From Octopus vulgaris (Eukaryota), in NCBI GenBank assembly GCA_951406725.2, contig OX597821.1, positions 81,344,001-81,408,000 on the forward strand: 64,000 bases of DNA, in the 5' to 3' direction. How positions within the stretch are numbered: position 1 is the first letter of the stretch; every line of letters starts with the position of its first letter. The position numbers and the translations under genes are program-made. This document shows positions 60,939-64,000 of this stretch, piece by piece. The notes beneath the pieces were generated by a model. It had not been told where the DNA came from and ran no database searches. It saw only the letters and a list, made by a program, of their open reading frames with translations.

Positions 60939-63567
60939 TCATCATCATCATCATCATCATCATCGTTTAACGTCCGCTTTCCATGCTAGCATGGGTTGGG
61001 CGGTTCAACTGGGGTCTGGGGAGCCCGAAGGCTGCACCAGGCCAGTCAGATCTGGCAGTGTTTCTACAGCTGGATGCCCTTCCTAACGCCAACCACTCCG
61101 AGAGTGTAGTGGGTGTTATTATGTGCCACCGACACAGGTGCCAGATGAGGCTGGCGAACGGCCACGCTCGGATGGTGTTTTTATGTGCCACCGACACTGG
61201 TGCCAGACGAGGCTGGCAGACGGCCACGCTCGGATGGTGTTTTTATGTGCCACCGACACAGGTGCCAGACTGGGAATTTTAATCTGGTTTAACACTTTTA
61301 TTACCATACTTCTACTGAAATATACTGCCTTTGCTTCAATTAAACCTGAAAATGATGAAGAATTTAAAATAATTTTGTCATTATTAAGCTGGTGCTTGAA
61401 ACAGATTAACATGAAATTTTGATGGAAATTTTAAGCTGGTTCACTGTAAAACAGAAAGTTTGCACCATCTCAGACAGGTTGGTATCAAAAGGATTAAAAC
61501 TACGACACCCTTGCTGGAAGTAGCACAAACACACAGACAGCATAGGCAGCATCAATGCTTTAACATCCAATCACCAGAAATAGTTTGGATAGGCCCATTA
61601 CATAGCATGTCACAATTCATGTTGGTCATTTATTAAATCTTCTGCATAGTCCACCATCCTGACGTTTGAATTCTTCATACTCTTCTTTGACTTCTTCAAT
61701 TTATTTCACTTCAATGAGTAGCCACCACCTACAGTACACAACACATTTTCACCCAGTGTTCAGTTTCCATTCACATCACAGGTTGATGTTAGCAAGGTTG
61801 TTTCTCCTGCACACTTCAGCCACCCGCTCAGTTCACTCTCAATCTCTGACAAAGGTAATCATTAAGAATCAAACCAAACTTCATGAGGATTAACATGGTG
61901 CTTAAAAGTGTAATTTGTTCTGCATTGGACAGCCAAAGCATGGTCCGCTCTAAACAAACCAGACGTCTAGAAATCAACCCTGTCAGACAACCTTAAGAGG
62001 AATCTTTTTTCTGTACATCAGTAGAGTCAGTCATTTTATGTGGAGCAACAGCCTGAATGTTTATCAAAAAACTGGAATCCAAGCTAGATGGAACTTACAC
62101 CGGAATGGTAAGAGCAGTCTTAGACGTGTCTTGGAGATTTGCCTGTTACCACCACTATGACAGAAAGGTGCTTGCACTTTGTAGGACATTGCTGGCATGC
62201 TAAACAAGAGCTGGCAAGTGACCTACTGCTATGGATGCCAAAGCATGGCCATACTTGAGCAGGTCATGTGAACATAGTGCATGTAGATCAACTCATCAGA
62301 GACACCAGATACTTGCCTGATGACTTCCCTCAACTAATGCAGAACCAAGATGGATGGTGTGTTAGAATTTAAAATGTCTGAGCAAGCTCAACCAGATGAT
62401 GATAATCATGATGAACATGACACATTCATAGAGAATAAAATTATAAAAATTACCTGAAGTATTAAGGGTTCCAGAGAAGAAAATTTGTTCTCAACTCGTT
62501 GATAATCAATGGCACCTTTCAACAAGAGAATTTTTGGCTTTGAGACAGTTGTCTGCATTTTCTTGTGAGCAACATTTTTGCTACAAACGACCCCATGGAT
62601 GACAGCAGTCTGATTTCTCTGACCTCCAGAAATCTAAGAAGATAATATTTGGAATTATAAACTAGAAAAACTATGCATATGCATGGATATGTATGTGTGT
62701 GTGCTTTTACAAACTAATATATAGCAACCAATTGGTAAATTGCAAACACTTTTTTGATCTGAGTCTGAGCAACATCTTAATCCCCAAAATAAAAAAAGTG
62801 AAAAAAAAATTTTCCCAAAACCTTCAAAAGATGGTCAAGACCAGAATAATAATTAAAACTTGCATCATGATAGAAACCTTGTAGCCAATTCAAACACAAT
62901 CACTTACAACCATTACATGATATGAAGACAAAGAGACAACTACACACACACACACACACACACATTATGCATATTTACATACATATATGTTTGGCGATGT
63001 AAACAAGAAAAACAGATTTCGAAACATGAGTATATATGTTTTTTTTTACTAATAATCAGAAGTTACAGAGGGGCTCAAGGGTTGAGAGTTTCATACTTGA
63101 AACCCTTGGCACTTGAATTACTCTGTAACTTTGGCCAACTATTAATAAGAAGAAAAACATATATACGAACATACATTTCTACATACATATATATCATCAT
63201 CATATTTCTATCTATGAGATCCACTCACAAGGCTTTGCTCAGTCAGGAGCTATAGTAAAAGACTAGAGCCAAAACTGGTTAGGAAGCAACACCTGCATCT
63301 ATATGTAAGTTATTTTACATGAACACTTACTAGTTGTTACTATACACTGAACATCATGAAATTTATAAGCTAAGTAAAATAACTACCTTTTTTATTTGTA
63401 CATATTTCCGTATATCCATGTCATCTCCTTCATTACGTACATCAGGACTTACAAACTGGCTGACTTTGTGGGCTGTTTGCATGATGGTGCCTTCCCAGGA
63501 GAGTGGTAAGCCTTCTTGATTGAGCAACTGGCGCACCAAGTTTGACAGATGTTCCTTATGAACTTTT
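395..63567 (-). CDS. PIKFYVE: PIKfyve/Fab1 1-phosphatidylinositol-3-phosphate 5-kinase, partial multi-exon gene (26 coding exons in window; continues beyond both ends)
   Basis: Spliced translation gives PIKfyve motifs: [133 protein letters not shown]. All introns are GT-AG and phases match. Confidence 0.97.
1007..1093 (-). CDS. PIKFYVE: PIKfyve exon: (D)[28 protein letters not shown](Q)
   Basis: cag| ... |gtaagt, 87 nt; resembles the vertebrate NPHVELQ motif. Confidence 0.9.
3412..3483 (-). CDS. Candidate acidic cassette exon of PIKfyve: (V)[23 protein letters not shown]
   Basis: aag| ... |gtgaga, 72 nt, phase 1-1, open frame that fits between exons 6813 and 1093; weak polypyrimidine tract. 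Confidence 0.35.
4288..5330 (-). mobile_element. Degenerate mariner (Tc1/mariner) transposon
   Basis: HHDNARPH and [16 protein letters not shown] motifs; mariner-type TIR at about 5305-5330; 3' end lost. Confidence 0.9.
6458..6529 (-). pseudogene. tRNA-Glu(CTC) pseudogene
   Basis: TCCCAAATGATCTAGTCGTTAGGATTCTGCACTCTCACCGCAGCAGCCAAGGTTCAATTCTCTGTTTGGAAA aligns to eukaryotic tRNA-Glu-CTC; one mismatch each in acceptor, anticodon and T stems; TTTT 6 nt downstream. Confidence 0.8.
6813..6956 (-). CDS. PIKFYVE: PIKfyve exon: (G)[21 protein letters not shown]...VESGM
   Basis: cag| ... |gtatgg, 144 nt, phase 1-1. Confidence 0.83.
8050..9050 (-). mobile_element. Highly degenerate Penelope-like RT fragment
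   Basis: Remnants [34 protein letters not shown] resemble PLE RT motifs (LPSYIKDT, MDVKSLYT, LAELVL..N.F.F). Confidence 0.65.
9071..9320 (+). mobile_element. tRNA-derived SINE family C (TGGCTTAGTGG head; GAGCAAAACACTT...ATGGACTGGCATCCCATCCAG body)
   Basis: Copies at 12212-12345(+), 13547-13760(+), 16560-16780(-), 52455-52560(+), 56927-57180(+). Confidence 0.8.
10560..11750 (-). mobile_element. Penelope-like element fragment (RT thumb plus GIY-YIG)
   Basis: [60 protein letters not shown] motifs. Confidence 0.85.
12638..12857 (+). mobile_element. tRNA-derived SINE family B (GAGCTGGCAGAA...GAGTTCAAAT...CTTTCATCCTTTCGGGG)
   Basis: Pol III A/B-box-like motifs; copies at 15322-15553(+), 22946-23110(+), 26930-27100(+), 29474-29665(+), 15222-15665(-, interrupted). 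Confidence 0.85.
13279..13373 (-). CDS. PIKFYVE: PIKfyve exon (linker): [17 protein letters not shown]...NPEQ
   Basis: cag| ... |gtaact, 95 nt, phase 2-1 bridges its neighbours. Confidence 0.75.
15102..15179 (-). CDS. PIKFYVE: PIKfyve exon: [25 protein letters not shown]
   Basis: tag| ... |gtaggt, 78 nt, phase 2-2. Confidence 0.88.
16280..16375 (-). CDS. PIKFYVE: PIKfyve exon: [31 protein letters not shown](S)
   Basis: cag| ... |gtaaga, 96 nt; [11 protein letters not shown] is a Fab1 hallmark. Confidence 0.95.
17713..17824 (-). CDS. PIKFYVE: PIKfyve exon: [22 protein letters not shown]...LRMP(F)
   Basis: tag| ... |gtgagt, 112 nt, phase 1-2. Confidence 0.85.
18096..18231. repeat. 56-bp-arm inverted repeat (hairpin)
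   Basis: 18096-18151 is complementary to 18176-18231 with few mismatches. Confidence 0.9.
19257..19412 (-). CDS. PIKFYVE: PIKfyve exon (linker): [19 protein letters not shown]...; two in-frame donors (19290 or 19257)
   Basis: tag| acceptor; donors |gtaaac (123 nt) or |gtgagt (156 nt), both phase 1. Confidence 0.72.
19743..19958. mobile_element. pogo/Tigger-like MITE
   Basis: TA|CTGTAATCCCTCG ... GAGGGATTAGTG|TA terminal inverted repeats. Confidence 0.65.
20933..21150 (-). mobile_element. LINE (CR1-like) 3' end with (ATT)n tail
   Basis: [12 protein letters not shown] terminus followed by 3' UTR and an AAT-rich tail. Confidence 0.5.
22665..22748 (-). CDS. PIKFYVE: PIKfyve exon (linker): [16 protein letters not shown]...DRTS
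   Basis: cag| ... |gtatag, 84 nt, phase 1-1. Confidence 0.75.
23145..23307 (-). CDS. PIKFYVE: PIKfyve exon (low-complexity linker): [14 protein letters not shown]...TTISA
   Basis: cag| ... |gtacgt, 163 nt, phase 0-1. Confidence 0.8.
24296..24408 (+). repeat. Perfect 35-bp tandem repeat x3.2
   Basis: AGCACTCTTCTAGTCCAAGAGACAAAAACTCTATC x3 identical. Confidence 0.95.
24850..25470 (-). mobile_element. tRNA-derived SINE family A (internal (TA/CA)n, AAAAGAGT tail)
   Basis: Same family at 1-236(+), 6019-6400(-), 17080-17240(-), 21890-22060(-), 35183-35360(-), 43897-44160(+), 44954-45130(+), 52275-52452(+), 60500-60900(-). Confidence 0.85.
25090..25277 (-). mobile_element. PLE 3'-end fragment with decayed hammerhead, inserted in the (TA)n of a SINE
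   Basis: Minus strand 25190-25226: gttt CCGACAA agagc-tcc-gctc AAAA cgt t aaac, matching a minimal type-I hammerhead with core mutations. Confidence 0.6.
25731..25806 (+). repeat. (GT)n(AG)n compound microsatellite
   Basis: Seen directly; one of many (TA)n, (CA)n and (GAT)n tracts in the window. Confidence 0.95.
25989..26073 (-). CDS. PIKFYVE: PIKfyve exon: [17 protein letters not shown]...SLDV
   Basis: aag| ... |gtaagt, 85 nt, phase 2-0. Confidence 0.82.
26436..26828 (+). mobile_element. 5'-truncated RTE 3' UTR copy with 4 tandem GGTGGCACGTAAAAAGCACC-type motifs
   Basis: Homologous to 34030-34287, ends in (GAT)n. Confidence 0.85.
27349..27439 (-). CDS. PIKFYVE: PIKfyve exon: (E)[29 protein letters not shown](K)
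   Basis: cag| ... |gtaaga, 91 nt, phase 1-2; conserved WN motif. Confidence 0.87.
27650..27755 (-). CDS. PIKFYVE: PIKfyve exon: [20 protein letters not shown]...FENE
   Basis: tag| ... |gtaagg, 106 nt, phase 0-1. Confidence 0.85.
29996..30107 (-). CDS. PIKFYVE: PIKfyve exon: [16 protein letters not shown]...LAFQK
   Basis: cag| ... |gtgaat, 112 nt, phase 2-0. Confidence 0.87.
30751..34050 (+). pseudogene. RTE ORF (APE-RT-PHD) split by about 3 frameshifts
   Basis: ORFs 30751-30948, 30932-31408, 31311-33413 and 33346-34050 join via indels in a C-run (about 30870), a G-run (about 31400) and a GA repeat (about 33398). Confidence 0.85.
33952..34022 (+). repeat. 18-bp tandem repeat x4 (CAAAGTACCCCGGATCCC) at the RTE ORF end
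   Basis: Seen directly; translates as QSTPDP x4. Confidence 0.9.
34388..35166. mobile_element. PLE-type pseudo-LTR unit (direct about 180-bp repeats plus inverted segment)
   Basis: 34443-34624 repeats at 34985-35166; perfect 36-bp inverted repeat 34391-34426/34462-34497; flanked by (TA)n. Confidence 0.6.
35554..35667 (-). CDS. PIKFYVE: PIKfyve exon: [16 protein letters not shown]...LSH(K)
   Basis: cag| ... |gtaagt, 114 nt, phase 2-2. Confidence 0.9.
35737..35915. mobile_element. Mariner-derived MITE
   Basis: TIRs ctgaaaaattcctggcttt / aaagccaggaatttttcag, TA flanks. Confidence 0.75.
35951..36129 (-). CDS. PIKFYVE: PIKfyve exon: [24 protein letters not shown]...VAYF(K)
   Basis: cag| ... 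|gtgagt, 179 nt. Confidence 0.95.
37200..37371 (-). CDS. PIKFYVE: PIKfyve exon: [23 protein letters not shown]...WSRCRKCKQ
   Basis: tag| ... |gtaatg, 172 nt. Confidence 0.95.
37935..38590 (+). repeat. AT-rich minisatellite of 12-13-bp AAAATTTT subunits (resumes at 41802-41910)
   Basis: e.g. CGAAAATTTTCAC CGAAAATTTTACC CAAAAATTTTT. Confidence 0.95.
38598..41800 (+). repeat. 22-bp satellite array, about 145 units, consensus GCCGACAGAGATCAAAGAGGGT
   Basis: Seen directly; higher-order block repeats with a 528-bp period. Confidence 0.97.
42716..43153 (-). pseudogene. Orphan intronless 145-codon reading frame with one internal TGA
   Basis: ORFs 42932-43153 and 42716-42922 are in the same frame, separated by TGA ACT TGC AAA; CpG-rich. 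Confidence 0.4.
43640..43895 (-). mobile_element. Helitron/HINE-like subterminal segment with internal duplication
   Basis: Minus strand AACCGATTTCATTCAAATTT motif of the kind seen in non-autonomous Helitron 5' regions; about 50-bp segment at 43698 repeated at 43847. Confidence 0.4.
44749..44820 (-). CDS. PIKFYVE: PIKfyve exon: [23 protein letters not shown](R)
   Basis: tag| ... |gtgagt, 72 nt, phase 2-2. Confidence 0.95.
45703..47268 (+). mobile_element. Degenerate Tc1-like transposon
   Basis: [51 protein letters not shown]; TA|CACTAGTATCCAAAAG left TIR and decayed right TIR. Confidence 0.9.
47459..47559 (-). CDS. PIKFYVE: PIKfyve exon: [33 protein letters not shown](W)
   Basis: cag| ... 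|gtaaat, 101 nt, phase 0-2. Confidence 0.94.
49537..49692 (-). CDS. PIKFYVE: PIKfyve exon: [14 protein letters not shown]...YYDQK
   Basis: tag| ... |gtgagt, 156 nt. Confidence 0.93.
51386..52240 (-). CDS. PIKFYVE: PIKfyve large exon: [26 protein letters not shown]...KDPSVQ
   Basis: cag| ... |gtaggt, 855 nt; contained in ORF 51374-52240; LSVSPY motif. Confidence 0.95.
53353..53447 (-). CDS. PIKFYVE: PIKfyve exon: (G)[31 protein letters not shown]
   Basis: aag| ... |gtaagt, 95 nt, phase 1-0; matches the KTLMFFEGC..LGCT..LRG motif. Confidence 0.92.
53578..55065 (-). mobile_element. Penelope-like element: GIY-YIG remnant between about 310-bp inverted pseudo-LTRs
   Basis: 53578-53893 is the inverted copy of 54752-55065; the internal minus strand reads [41 protein letters not shown]. 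Confidence 0.8.
55692..55818 (-). CDS. PIKFYVE: PIKfyve exon: [21 protein letters not shown]...FQLPN
   Basis: cag| ... |gtaaat, 127 nt, phase 0-1. Confidence 0.93.
57493..57712. mobile_element. piggyBac-like MITE
   Basis: TTAA|CCCTTTCATT ... AATGAAAGGG|TTAA; decayed relatives at about 7190-7360, 18640-18870, 23490-23700, 61270-61497. Confidence 0.8.
57900..58600 (-). mobile_element. Degenerate CR1/L2-group LINE C-terminal fragment
   Basis: [37 protein letters not shown] resembles the LYKAQVRP.MEY..W..LD.IQ motif. Confidence 0.55.
58845..58985 (-). CDS. PIKFYVE: PIKfyve exon: [26 protein letters not shown]...FNTKT
   Basis: tag| ... |gtaagt, 141 nt. Confidence 0.95.
59119..59810 (+). mobile_element. 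Degenerate mariner transposon, 5' half
   Basis: Left TIR after TA; remnants [34 protein letters not shown]. Confidence 0.85.
59958..60205 (+). mobile_element. 5'-truncated RTE 3' UTR copy
   Basis: Homologous to 34090-34287; (GAT)n tail. Confidence 0.85.
60936..61270 (-). mobile_element. 5'-truncated RTE 3' UTR copy with about 61-bp internal tandem units
   Basis: Reverse complement of the RTE 3' end; (CAT)n on plus strand. Older copies at about 4075-4270(-), 5407-5590(-), 15815-16000(-), 29100-29390(+), 48705-48870(-), 50105-50280(-). Confidence 0.85.
61860..62415 (+). mobile_element. Degenerate RTE-like LINE 3' fragment
   Basis: [32 protein letters not shown] remnants, GAT-rich tail. Confidence 0.55.
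62454..62633 (-). CDS. PIKFYVE: PIKfyve exon: [26 protein letters not shown]...SLEPLILQ
   Basis: tag| ... |gtaatt, 180 nt, phase 0-0. Confidence 0.95.
63387..63567 (-). CDS. PIKFYVE: PIKfyve exon: [15 protein letters not shown]...[13 protein letters not shown]
   Basis: cag| acceptor, |gtagtt donor, 181 nt, start of CCT-like domain. Confidence 0.93.
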
Positions 63568-64000
63568 CTGGATATAATAAAAGAACCAGCTTATCAATAT
63601 ATTCCTGTGAATGTCAGTTCAAGTACAGTCAAACCTAAATATATACAAATACAGACATACATATACATGGTGGCTGTCTTCTACTCCTCATGCAGAGTCT
63701 GACCACCTACTGTACCTACACCTTAGATCCATCATGGTGTCTGATGTGGTTTTTTAAGATACTAACATAGATTGCATATTCTGATTTGGACCACCAAGAG
63801 CTACAGTTAAGTTTTGATCTTTGTAGATCTTAAAATACACATACATACATGCATGCATATATACATACATATGCAAATACATGCATACACATACATACAT
63901 TGTTCAGTCATCTAACATCTGTTTTTACATTTATAATTTTCTGCAAACAGGTTTTAATCTATACAGAGCTTTACATACAGCATTTTTTTCAGAAATAAAC

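Overview
AT-rich, microsatellite- and SINE-dense animal genomic DNA. The repeat families suggest an Octopus (coleoid cephalopod); this is inference. The whole window lies inside one minus-strand multi-exon gene, PIKfyve/Fab1 (PI3P 5-kinase). I traced 26 coding exons by hand with GT-AG sites and consistent phases, from the CCT/TCP1-like domain (63567) through the conserved Cys/His-rich region to the start of the PIPK domain (395). The introns hold a near full-length RTE-clade LINE with a PHD finger inside its RT (30321-34287) and many 5'-truncated copies of its 3' UTR. They also hold Penelope-like (PLE) fragments with decayed hammerhead ribozymes, mariner/Tc1 fossils, MITEs, three tRNA-derived SINE families and a tRNA-Glu(CTC) pseudogene. 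A 6-kb composite insertion (37935-43895) contains nested satellites ending in a Helitron-type 3' terminus, plus a CpG-rich orphan reading frame. Most notable: (i) tandem H-type pseudoknot motifs in the RTE 3' UTR, at or near which several short copies are truncated; (ii) the Helitron-borne 22-bp satellite with higher-order structure; (iii) the orphan intronless ORF.
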